DNA of 63,979 nucleotides, filler included, from Lenisia limosa (lineage: Eukaryota; Protista; Breviatea), in the NCBI GenBank assembly GCA_001655205.1. It is 19 parts of 19 records of this genome, joined end to end, with 100 filler letters (N's around TTAATTAATTAA, not from the genome) between each part and the next. Parts side by side here need not be neighbours in the genome. Positions count along the whole stretch, not along the records: positions 9,597 to 12,137 come from LPNZ01007408.1; positions 12,238 to 16,741 come from LPNZ01010107.1; positions 16,842 to 19,520 come from LPNZ01008586.1; positions 19,621 to 22,184 come from LPNZ01001252.1; positions 22,285 to 35,138 come from LPNZ01006755.1; 14 more parts are not named here. One strand, 5' to 3'. A program made the translations under genes and the position numbers. Below the pieces are notes generated by a model. The model made no database searches and was not told where the DNA came from. It was given only the letters and a program-made list of their open reading frames with translations. Below are positions 11,561-23,081 of the stretch, piece after piece. Every line of letters starts with the position of its first letter. Position 1 is the first letter of the stretch.

Positions 11561-12902
11561 ATGGTTACATTACAATCGCTGCTTATTCCCTGTTACAAGA
11601 TGTTCTTCAAATATGTTATTTGGGCTGCGAACTTGACTCCCCAGGCCTCGGCATTCCCCTTGAGTGCCCCGACCTCAGCCTTGGCGGTGAGCAACGCAGA
11701 ACTCTTACATCTTCTCATTTACCATATGATATGGTTGAATCATTTATGCTAAACGACACGCTTTGTCTGTAACGTTACTGTAGGAATGTCCTTGGATGTG
11801 GGCGTATCTGCTGACGTGTCCCTGCCCTCTNNNNNNNNNNNNNNNNNNNNNNNNNNNNNNNNNNNNNNNNNNNNNNNNNNNNNNNNNNNNNNNNNNNNNN
11901 NNNNNNNNNNNNNNNNNNNNNNNNNNNNNNNATCATGCCATACACTATTCCTCATGCATGCCTGCAGGAGGGTTTTGCATCCCGTCTGGAGGCAAGATCG
12001 AAGGCGTTTCTGGCTGTGACCTTATTTGGTTTGGACAGCCTGACTTCTCAAAAGGTGGGCTGACTCTGGGTTCTTCCTCATTGTTTGCTTTGATCAGTGG
12101 AATATCAAAAGCCAAGACCTTTGGAGGGGGGGGGGGGNNNNNNNNNNNNNNNNNNNNNNNNNNNNNNNNNNNNNNNNNNNNTTAATTAATTAANNNNNNN
12201 NNNNNNNNNNNNNNNNNNNNNNNNNNNNNNNNNNNNNGGGGGTGGGGGTTATATGGGAGGGAAGATTGATAAACAAAGAAAAACAATAATACGTTATCTG
12301 GGGGCTTCAATAAAAATATCTAATGAACAACAAACAGCCATCTGCAACTGCATCTCTGCAACCTTATATAGTTTTCTAGTTAATAGAATGAACATCCATC
12401 GGTAATGGTGGAAAAGAGTTCTCTCTCTCATATCATCATATCCGAATAATGAATNNNNNNNNNNNNNNNNNNNNNNNNNNNNNNNNNNNNNNNNNNNNNN
12501 NNNNNNNNNNNNNNNNNNNNNNNNNNNNNNNNNNNNNNNNNNNNNNNNNNTGAAGAAAAAAACAGCATTTTACAATCAATTTGGAGTCGCACTTACAGTT
12601 TAGAAGAAACCACACCCCAGCAGGGTCACAACGAAGAGTATCTATTGGCGAAACAAAAAAGAGTGGTAAACCTTTTTGGGATAGTTTTAAGTATCGAAAT
12701 ATTTCGAGGAAATTATCGATATATGAGTGTTAAGACATTCCGACTTTCGGATTGTGAATTAGAAAAAGGCATTATTAGAATATTATTATTTAAATGACAA
12801 ATGACTGGAAAATGAAGCCAAAACTCAAGTCAGGAATCTAAGTTCCGAATATTCGCAAATAAGTTTCACCGCAGAGCTCTTCTGCGAAGGCCATTTTGCA
12901 AA

Positions 12903-15900
12903 ATGAATCCGGCTATTGTTTTCTTCTTTTGGGCAATCCTATCAGGTAACATTCCTGTTCCCCTCCTCTAACCACCCAAAGGTTTCCTTAGGTCTAGCAA
13001 TGCCAACCTCGTGGCTTCGTACGCGGACATCGTCATGTCAAGATACAACATTGACACTAGTTATTCCTTCGGCACCACCAAGATAGAGGAAAGTGCAAGT
13101 AACTTTCTTGCGAGTGACACCCCACGGAACTCGGGATCGTTTGCGCCTTTCTCGCACCGTGGGGGGGGGGGGTATTTGGTGTCTTCTTGCAGTTAGTCTT
13201 CATCATAGTCCGCACTTTAGTTGCGAATAACAGGAAAACCTTGACATTTCAGTGGGGTCCAACTTGAATGTCTGCGCGTGTAAGTTCGACATTACACTCT
13301 CGGCATATGTCTGTGTCAACTTCAACACTATGCAAATATGTGGGTTGAGTTCTTTTTGTACCGAGTGGAAAATTGTTTTGATTACTGTCGTGAGTGATGT
13401 TATGTTATTACAAGACTAAGTACATTGTGTTTATCATATGAATTATCAGTTCTGTGATAGATCAGAATGCTTGTGTTGTATATCAAAGAGGTTCTATTAC
13501 AGTACCTGAGCTCTTCTGATTTTCCAGCAATTCATCACGAAAATGCTCCCTTAACCTTCTTCACAATCAGTGGTGTAATGGTGGGGTCTAGGGGTGTTGT
13601 GTCGATTTAAATCCGTCTTGTCCATTTTGAAATATTGTATATATAAATAATTACGATAATAGGACTCTTCAAGTGGCCGCGTTGTGGACATTTCTTCCCA
13701 TGCCGCTCTCCCCGTGACGCGTGTTTTTGTCCTGGTGGATTACTCTAGTTACCATAGTGTATATGAGGTATTTGGGGGCTTATCATTGTGAAACTTTTTT
13801 TTTTTTCTAGAAAATGATATTTGCAAATGGGCGTGATATTACTGTTTCCTTGTTCCTCGGATAATTCCACAGCCAATCACAATTGTTTCTTTTCACCATG
13901 ATTTCAGATGTACCTGGGTGACGCCGCAGCCGCAGTGAATCTCATCAAAATCGAAGATATTACTGGGTCCCGTGGCTCCTCTCTCACTGGTATGTGTCAT
14001 TATATTATCAAATAATATATTACATAGTATACATTACTGTATCTACGTGTATAATATCATATCACTCTCCTCTTTCTTCTTTATAATACCTTGCGTTACG
14101 CTCTCCTCTGCATAATACCTTGCGTGTAGGTGCTGTCAATTGTGGAAGAATGGCATGTTTCGCTGCACTTCCAAGGTTTGGATAATTGGCTATTATACGT
14201 GATGGTGTGGACGGCTTTGGCCAATTATAGTAACCTTTTCTTCTACTACATATATCATATACTATACATATTCATATGGCATGTTAGGATATTGAGAATA
14301 TTGAATACAATCAAATTGTTTCAATTGATAAAATGGTGTTTGCGACAAAACAGCTTGTGGATCACAGGTGGTGACTTTCCAAACAGAGATTCACCCCCCC
14401 CCCAGTTACAANNNNNNNNNNNNNNNNNNNNNNNNNNNNNNNNNNNNNNNNNNNNNNNNNNNNNNNNNNNNNNNNNNNNNNNNNNNNNNNNNNNNNNNNN
14501 NNNNNNNNNNNTACAACAATCGACTCTATCACGGTGAGGCCTTCTATGCCTTTTGTTTGTTCCTTCTGCCCACTCCCATATTGTTATAGTCCACTTGTGT
14601 GCCCACTCCCCAGGTTGTTAGAGTCCACTGGTGTTGGTTCCACTCTTTTATTAACCATTTACTATGTCGCTTTTGTTATAATCTTTATCTTTTTCATTTT
14701 GCTCCTTCTATTTACAGCTCCATAGTATTATGCATGTACATGTACACTCAGACAGTGACCAGGATAAGTCCTGACCGATTTGCTATGTAATTTCCCAAGG
14801 AAACTCGGTAAAGACATCCCGGTCACTGTAAAAATTACGTAAATCTCAGAGGGATTCCCTCAAACTCGAAACTGTTTAACATAAAACCGTTCGTAGTGCA
14901 CCCATTTAACATCGGCAGTTTGAAACAGGGGTGCGGATAGTTGCCATGGTTGAGCTCTACATTCCGAAGATTAGCGAGCCTTCGTACTCGCGTCTCCTCC
15001 TGATCAAAGACTATACCGAGGCGTCTATTAACACGGTGAGCGGCTATATTGAGGGCTCTTCCTATTAATAGTGTGTGGGTTACTATGTTGGGGGTTGTTA
15101 TTCTACAATACAATATTGCATTTACAAATAATCAGTTAAAAACCATTTTAGAGTTTCGTCAGGTGAAGAAATAACCAATTTGTCCATTACTCGAGCCTGA
15201 GGGGCTGCTACTTCTTTGAATCTAACGGCCTAGGTGCGGGCTGAACTACGTGATTGGTCATCCTCGTTAAACACCGTGAACATTGATAACATGTTGGGGG
15301 GAAGGGGGTGTTTTGGTATTTATTCCCAGCAGCATTAATCGAACCTTAATATTTCCTCGAAAACTACAGGTCTTTTTCTAACCTGAAGTGATGCCCTAAT
15401 CTTACCCCTTGTAGTGGAGACGCGAGTGAAATGAACCCTACTCAGGCTCTCGCGGATATGGAAGATGCCAGGGTGGGTGATAAGGAGCCTTCGTGTTTTC
15501 GTTTGGCTGTATCTAGCCATCTTTTCCCTGATATGACTAATCTTACTGACAACATTACTTGCATTACTAACATCTAACTCAAGCCAGGTCTATGTTTTTG
15601 GTCCGCTCAGTACGGCCATTATCGACTTTTCCGCTTACGGATCCATATCAAAGTCATACTACTCCTCTTTTCCCACTGCGGGGTCTGGATGGAACATGAA
15701 CATGAATCCGGCCATCTTTTCAAGTTTGGGGTTAATGTGGAATTTGAATTAATAAGAGAGTATCCAGTAAACCGTCCACGCACCTCTTCTCACCTCTTCT
15801 CTACCTAAGTGATATTACATTATATTCTGACACTTTAGGAATTGGGGGGATGACGGTCGCACGGTATTCAGACTCATACCCAGTTTTTACTACCTCCCCC

Positions 15901-16735
15901 GTCATGCCGGACTGGATGTTAAGGTGGGTGATGAGGGAGTGGGGGGAGGTATTATGATGCAAATGTGTTGTAAGGGGGGTTGTGGAGTATGATTATATGA
16001 ATCTTTCCTTTTTAGGCCCACCTTCGGACACATTGTCACCTTGGATTGCAGCGCTGTTTTTGGTAGGCGGAATAATGAAGGGTTGCGAGGTAGTGGCAGT
16101 TTATCCTAAAATAATAGACGCCCCTCCCCCTATGTTTCAATTTGACCAGTCAGGCTCAGCAATAGACGCCTGGAACCCTACTTACACCACGGAAGATAAT
16201 CCACACTCAGGATGGCTGCCTTGTATAAGTGGGAAGGATGGCTGCGTATAAGTAGGAAGGATGACTGCCTTGTATCAGTGGGAAGGATGGCTGCGTATAA
16301 GTGGGAAGGTAAATATTTGTCAACCACATTGGAATTATTCCCAAATGACCATTGTCATCCAAAAATTGACCAGAACGACCCAGAATATTATGTATTGTTA
16401 TAGTAACCGTGGTAAGCCCTTTATCCATACAAATTGTCGTTTCAATCCTGCTATGTGATAATTGTCGTTTCAATTACTGACCTCTACAGGGGGTACCTAC
16501 ACGCCAAGTGGGGGTATTATACCCATCCGTAAAGGTGGGTCGCCAACAGTTCGAAATATATCGATATTATCATTAGGGTAAAACAGTATCTTCATCTATG
16601 TATTACAGTTTTTGTCTTCTTCAACCCTCATGTGTTTTCTTCTTCCTAAATTGTCCTTATAACTCCCCTCCAGATAAATCGGCCTGGACCGTGGTTCCGA
16701 TGGACATCTCCTCGAGCTTCGCATTCAAGGAGTAC
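12903..16735 (+). CDS. Many-exon, probably secreted or surface protein of unknown family; 3'-truncated
   Basis: ATG at 12903 gives MNPAIVFFFWAILS|GFLRSSNANLVASYADIVMSRYNID... (hydrophobic N-terminus; first three exons join in frame). Further open exons include GVRIVAMVELYIPKISEPSYSRLLLIKDYTEASINT and DKSAWTVVPMDISSSFAFKEY. Confidence 0.55.
14751..14830. mobile_element. Family A MITE
   Basis: CAGTGACCAGGATAAGTCCTGACCGATTTGCTATGTAATTTCC...CCCGGTCACTG-TA. Confidence 0.85.
16210..16309. repeat. Minisatellite with alternating 26- and 23-bp units (49-bp higher-order repeat, two copies)
   Basis: GGATGGCTGCCTTGTATAAGTGGGAA followed by GGATGGCTGCGTATAAGTAGGAA, repeated. Confidence 0.9.
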
Positions 16736-17262
16736 GTATACNNNNNNNNNNNNNNNNNNNNNNNNNNNNNNNNNNNNNNNNNNNNTTAATTAATTAANNN
16801 NNNNNNNNNNNNNNNNNNNNNNNNNNNNNNNNNNNNNNNNNGGGGGGGGATTGAAAAGTGAAACCCTGAACAAAACAAAGTACTGCACCAATATGGAGTC
16901 AAAGAGCAGCAAAATGGATAATTTGCTTAAAACAAGGAGTCGGTTAAGACCCACACCGCACTACCAACCAGTTTCCTTGCAGCCTTCTTCTCAATCACAT
17001 CTGGAGCCTTCTTCTCGACTTCACGCGATCTGATTGCTCCGACAGAACTACTTCGTCAGACGGCATATGTCATGAGGAGGTTTTAAAACAAAACTGTGGG
17101 GAGTATAATCAAGGTATTTGGAAGAGGTATGATTTCTTAAACCAGATGATCTAAAGCTCAATTAAACGAAGGAAATTTCGAAGCTTTGTTGCACAACAAA
17201 TCAAAAAGAAAGAGAGTGCTCAAAATAATCCACACGGGATTGGAAATACAACACATATACAA

Positions 17263-17294
<32 letters not shown>

Positions 17295-17466
17295 AAANNN
17301 NNNNNNNNNNNNNNNNNNNNNNNNNNNNNNNNNNNNNNNNNNNNNNNNNNNNNNNNNNNNNNNNNNNNNNNNNNNNNNNNNNNNNNNNNNNNNNNNNNNN
17401 NNNNNNNNNNNNNNNNNNNNNNNNNNNNNNNNNNNNNNNNNNNNNNNNNNNNNNNNNNNNNNNNNN

Positions 17467-19519
17467 TGCCTCCTTCTGCTTCTCTACGACCTTCTTGATG
17501 AAGCCTCCAGACTTTTCAGTAGCACGCTCGTTCCTTTCATATCGCTCAGGTTTATCACTTCTTTCGCTTCTATCACTTCGGCTGGATTTGCTTTCGTGGT
17601 GGGTGATGCGCGGTGCCGGGGAGGGTGAACGGTCTGAAAGCGACATATCTTCACCCTCAGGCTCCCTACGATATCAACACCGGCATTTCATCTTTGCCCC
17701 ATATTATTAGTAAATACTCATAAAAAAAACCTATTGGCTTTCAACCCCCCCATAATACAGTCCTTTCAGTGAACCACACTATCACAACATCTAAAACACT
17801 AAAAGAAGGAGAACATGAGATATTTTTTATTAAACAAATATAATAATACACATAAAACAGTGGGGGAATTTCACACTAACAATACTGTATTCTGGGGAGG
17901 CACGCAGAAAGCTGTGTGCACAGAGTTGTAAGGCAAATGATTGGGTGAATTAATATTATACTATAATCCAATATCTCTTAAAACCGTGATTGTGTGGATG
18001 GCTTCGGCCAGATATACCTTATTTCTTATTTCTCATTGCTATCTAGTATATATACTCGTAGAGTGGCAGTAAAGCTCCTCCTCTATTCCTTTCCACTTAC
18101 GGTTGTTTTGCCTCGACCTTGGGGGTGTTTTTTGCAATCTAAGTTCATGAGAGCATGAAAAGACAATAGAGAGTACAGATTGAGAAAGAATAAGGGTTGG
18201 TCCCACCCCTAGAATAATCTGATCACATGCCCCCCCCCCACCTGTGAGGGAAGGGGGGGAAGAGGCCGACGGTGCTTTCCGAAACGATCATCACGGATGA
18301 GGGCATGTTGCTTGGCCTTCTCCGACAGTTCCACCTCGATGTTCTTCTTCTCAAACATGACCTTGTCCTTAGCAACGCGGTACTTCTGTCGCTCCTGCTG
18401 TAGCTGAATGCTGCTGAGCTTTGACTGCTCTAGGGTAACCTTGTCCTTGTTCTCCTCAGTCCTCAATCTCTTCTCCTCGTCGCGCACTGCCTGCCAGCAG
18501 ACCTGGCGCTTCGCCTCTCTTTTACCGAGTTCAGCTTCACGCTCCAACAGGGTTTTCTCTCTGCTCAATAGCTCCTTCTCAACCACCTCGAACTCTTTGA
18601 TTCTCTTCTCAAACTCATCTTCACGGGACTTACTACATCCCATTAGAATTGCGTATTACATATTACGCCATATTATTCATTGACAGAGGAGAATTACATA
18701 TTACGTCATATTATTCATTGACATAGGATTCAATTCAGTCATTTTTTGGGAGCATAGGAAAGTGTAAGCAAGCAAAAAAAAAAAACCCCACTACATCATT
18801 GAGCATATTTTAAAAGAAAAAGTATTCAGCAATCCCCATTTCAACAACGAATACTATATGATTGTCCAGTTCTACCCCCCTCCCCCTACCGATATTCATC
18901 CAATTCAATCTGCTGGCGCCTGATCATTGCGCGCTCCTCATCTTCGCGTCGGCGCTCAGCTATGAGGTCCTTTTGCTTCTGGGCCTCCTTGCGAAGCCGC
19001 GCTTCTTCACGCTTCTGCTTGCGCTCTTCGCGCTTGCGTTCATACTCCTCTTCAGTCATGCCAATTTCGCCCTCTTCCAGATCACTGTGATCGCGACGAT
19101 AGCGGCTATCACGTGAGTCGCGGTCATCACGGCTCGAACGCTTCCGATCCTTCCGACGTTCACTGCGGTCAGACCTCTCTTTTCTGTCACTTCTGTCACT
19201 TCTCTCCCTCCTTGAGGACCTGCCTTCATCCGTGACTTCACCCTCCTCATGTATATCATCCCGATCGTCCCTCCGGTCGCTCTGTGGCTCCTCGCCATCA
19301 TCATCAGCATCTCGATCACGCCGACGCCTCTTGCGTGAGTCCTTGTCACGTGACTCCTTTGGCTTCATCAAAAGGTCACGACGGGACTTTACCGGGGTAC
19401 TGGGCTCCTCATCAGACTCCTTTGAGCGACTGCGCTTGTCGCGCTTTTCCTTCTTCTCCGCCTTGCTGCCGAAAAGAACCGATCGGAGATCAGACTTGTC
19501 TTCCTCGCCACCCTCAGGT
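17467..19519 (-). CDS. R/D/E-rich (RS-like) coiled-coil protein, partial
   Basis: Exon 19519-18890 (...RRRRDRDADDDGEE...ELDEYR) splices in phase 2 to exon 18632-18242 (KSREDEFEKRIKE...PPLPSQ), followed by an exon near 17690-17467 (SLSDRSPSPAPR...). The composition is typical of nuclear splicing-associated proteins, but no family is identified. Confidence 0.7.
17886..18054 (+). repeat. Family D dispersed repeat, ~170 bp, most complete copy
   Basis: TGTATTCTGGGGAGGCACGCAGAAAGCTGTGTGCACAGAGTTGTAAGGCAAATGATTGGGTGAATTAAT...GGCTTCGGCCAGAT...ATTTCTCATTGCTAT. Related copies at 45757(+), 62671(+), 42575(-), 42783(+), 43315(-), 43927(-), 48171(-), 59535(-), 47485(+), 14200(+), 8595(-). Confidence 0.9.
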
Positions 19520-19620
19520 TNNNNNNNNNNNNNNNNNNNNNNNNNNNNNNNNNNNNNNNNNNNNTTAATTAATTAANNNNNNNNNNNNNNNNNNNNNNNN
19601 NNNNNNNNNNNNNNNNNNNN

Positions 19621-20015
19621 AGTCGTGACAAGGTTGTAACATTGACCAACACGGTCATCATAGATCTGGATATCGGCGCTGTTGCAGGCCTAGAGGAGTC
19701 CATTTTACCCGGGTCCCTCACCTCGCCACTCCAGGTACCCGGGTATTCTATGTGATATATTTTTTCCCCTTTTTTGGAGAGTGGTTTTACTCAAACGCAT
19801 ATATGAATTTTCCCAGTTCTGCAACCTTTATTTTGTTCCCGTGTTTGTTTCAAGCCAGCAGAGTTTTTTTTTTTGTTTCATAAAAATTCTCTTTTTAATC
19901 CGTCCCCCCTCAACTGCTGCTGAATCTCACTGAGTAGAAAGCCCTATCCAAGGCAAGCAAGGGCAAATGCGACCCCCAAACCGTTTCGAGCGCTTTTATG
20001 CAGTTTTATGCACAG
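19621..20015 (+). CDS. DENN-domain-like protein fragment
   Basis: Exon 19621-19734 (VVTLTNTVIIDLDIGAVAGLEESILPGSLTSPLQ) resembles the DENN C-terminal V+VDLD...LP..L motif; it joins exon 19938-20015 (KALSKASKGKCDPKPFRALLCSFMH). Recognised by eye only. Confidence 0.4.
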
Positions 20016-20165
20016 GTGAGGGGGGGGGAGTTTGTTGATTTTTGGCTTTATTTTGTTACATAATTTTCCGATCCCCCCCATCCTGCCATCTTTCCCCCAC
20101 ATCCTATCCCCTAAATGGTTATCACATGCGGGCTTTGTTTGTTTGTTTGTTTGTTTGTTTGTTTG

Positions 20166-20339
20166 GAGTTTCAGATTATTCGGTTCGTGATTAGTACCTT
20201 TACGCCTATTCTTCATTGAAATTTCCTTCGTTTTACTTGTTTGTTTTGTTGCTGTCAACCCTTGTGTGTTGTTAGCCAACAGAGTTGATTTGGGTTGTTT
20301 TGTTTCAAATATTTTCTAATTTTACTCCCACCATAACAG
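20166..20339 (+). repeat. Composite of a family C2 and a family C1 element ending at AG
   Basis: GAGTTTCAGATTATTCGGTTCGTGATTAGTACCTTTACGCC..TTCATTGAAATTTCCTTCGTTTTAC, followed by GTCAACCCTTGTGTGTTGTTAGCCAACAGAGTTGATTTGGG...TTTTACTCCCACCATAACAG. Confidence 0.85.
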
Positions 20340-22284
20340 TATCAGGACCTGTTACACCTCTCTGTTTAGATTTTGCCTTTCTCAATCCTTACCTATCAGC
20401 CCTCCTTTGGGTTTTTTTTTGTTAGTAATTTTCATTTTTATGAATATTTAGACTAAAAAGGTAGGAAAAGTAAAAAATAATTGTTTAGATATTTATATCA
20501 TTCTTAAATCATCTACAAAGAGCTGAATGAGGTGACGAAGATTACGAAGCCAGATAATTAATCTCCCGCCCTTCAAGACTAAACAGTTGTTGTATTCTAA
20601 ACACTTCCCTTTAACTTCTCCGATCTGAACGGTCAACAAAAATGTAAAAACTCGTGCCTTCTTTCTCTTTGCAACCGCTCACATGAAGTCCAATCATGGC
20701 TGTTGCGGCCGCCTGCTGGAATGAGAAGAAATGGCAAAGCGTGGGGGCGTATGCAAAGAGCAGTACGTTGGCAAGTGCATATACTCCGCATGCCCCACTC
20801 CGAGCAGGCTGCTCAGCACATGGCACATCGTCTCGGTGACGAACAAGGCCAGATGGGATCCGGTCGGCGGGGGAGCCAACCAGTGAGTCAAACACCTGGG
20901 TTGCAGTGTTATTTGCTTGGTACGGTTCCCAAAAAATATACTGTCAACTAACCTGGATTTGGCCAAGACATGGGACAACCATCCAGAAGTGCCCAGAACC
21001 AACACTACAATGGCATAGTGCTCTTGGAGATTATGAGGGAGCTGCTGAGCATTAAAACTAATACAAAATAAAGGTGGACGTTGTAAAAATTCTGGCACTC
21101 CTAAAATGAATGATGTCGGAAGCTTGTTCTCAAGTTGGGAGTACCCGACATTAATGTCAACTTTTGTTCGGAGTCGAATCAGAAATGTGTAAACAAAGTC
21201 GGTGGAGAGATTGTTAGCCTCCAGGATTTGGTTCCTGGTGTATGAATTGTAGAGTGCCTATTTCAGTGAGATTTATACATGTACATTTATATATGATATA
21301 TATTGAGTATATAGTATATCATATAAATATATCATATCTGATATAACTGTAGATGAATGGTCCCTCCAACTTCGGGATAAGATGGGAGCTGACTCCTCAG
21401 GAAATTGAGGTTTCTTCTCCTGTTCCCATTGGCTGCTTCCTGCGCGCCACCTACTTGGGGGTGGGATGGAGCAAAATCCTAGATCATAAGTTACTGTTTT
21501 CCACCAGCTTATGGAAGGTAACAATATCGGTTTTAAAAAAAACAATAATCATAAAAAAAACACACTCATATGAAAAATCATCTTGTTACTCAAATCCCAC
21601 AAGTGAAAAAAGGTCTAAGAGTTGCGCTGCTTCAGGTGAGATTTCACGACACTCCCACGGAATTGATGCCTGTGGGACCTTGTCCTGGATGCCCGCAATC
21701 AAAACATCAGTAACTTGGTCAATGTGGCATTTTGGCCCCCGATGGTGTACGGAAGCCGTGAATCACAGTTGTCGTTCGGCATGAATGGTTGCCATTGCCC
21801 GTCAGCAGCTTCTCATCAAGGGGATCGTGGCAGTAAATAATTGGAGTCACAAGTGACAAAATGCCATCCCTTGGAGGGTGATGCGGAAATGGTGTGCATG
21901 ATCAGCGAAGTAAACGAGGCGAGAAGCCTTGGAGCACAGAGTTTCAAATGGGACAAGAAGCTCACTGTTCGTCAGCGGCTCGCCAATGATAAAGGTCAAA
22001 TCTGTCCTTGATTTCAGGGTCTTCTTCTGTCTAGTATGTGTTTAGTGTAACGAATCTCAATGAATATGACACAACGTATGGTTAAAGACTCTCATAAATA
22101 ACTGTAAATATTTAAATAAATATTTTATCGGGAAAAAAAGTTGATAATTTAATCGCCCAGTCCCCCCACCCCTCCCCTTGGACTNNNNNNNNNNNNNNNN
22201 NNNNNNNNNNNNNNNNNNNNNNNNNNNNTTAATTAATTAANNNNNNNNNNNNNNNNNNNNNNNNNNNNNNNNNNNNNNNNNNNN

Positions 22285-22361
22285 AACAGAGTTGATTTGG
22301 GCTTTTTGTTTCATAAATTTTCCACTTATACCCCCCTCCTTGTCTTTCCATCACCGCCCAG
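22285..22361 (+). repeat. Family C element running into a 3' splice site
   Basis: AACAGAGTTGATTTGGGCTTTTTGTTTCATAAATTTTCCACTTATACCCCCC...CCCAG, followed by an open exon. Confidence 0.8.
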
Positions 22362-22779
22362 CGTTGTCAAGACTCGGACCCCGGGCCGCACTCAACGGAC
22401 CTCAGGTGGCGCCACTTCTACATTGAGGGAGTCGTCCACCTTATTTGCGAAACTGTGGGTGGGAATACATTTCGACTTGTTGGGGGTTTTGGGAGCAGAT
22501 AACATTATTGACACAACAACACAATAAATCTTATCAGATGATTTGTCCCCCCCACCCCCTCTCGTCTACTTGTTCTTATTTCCTCTCAGACGGTCGACAA
22601 CCTCGGCAGCTGGATGGATATTGGTGGGTGTGGAGGGTATGGATTCTGGCGGCGGAATGGCGGGATTTACATGTATATCCAATTACAACCGCAGATGATA
22701 TTATCCAGAGGCTGGGATGGAACAGATAAGCAGGTGAATTGAACCTGGCACATACTGTATACATGTTCATACTCGTTTT

Positions 22780-22945
22780 GGCGCTCTGAATCAGCTAGTA
22801 ATGATGCTAGGCGCTCTGAATCAGCGAGTAATGATGCCAGGCGCTCTGAATCAGCTTGTAATAATGCCATTGACCATTTAGCTAGTGATGCCAAGGAGCT
22901 TTGACCATTTAGCTAGTAATGATGCCAAGGGGCTTTGACCATTTA
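22780..22945. repeat. Intronic minisatellite: three 30-bp units grading into a second ~30-bp unit (three copies)
   Basis: GGCGCTCTGAATCAGCTAGTAATGATGCTA at 22780, 22810 and 22840; then TTGACCATTTAGCTAGT..GATGCCAAGG repeats. Confidence 0.9.
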
Positions 22946-23081
22946 ATGTGCTTCTCACCTCGTAGCTCGAGAAATGAAGCTACGCAACGACCGGACCCAC
23001 CCCCACCCACCCGCAAGTTGGTGACATGTTATACATCTCAGCTCTAAATAGTAACAAAATCCTCTTTTTTTGAAATGATAG

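Noticed and set aside
18633-18643. ORF start MGCSKS as a myristoylated and palmitoylated N-terminus of a separate gene
   Set aside because: A CTAAT...TAG acceptor at 18633-18634 joins this exon in frame to the upstream R/D-rich exon, so the ATG is intronic.
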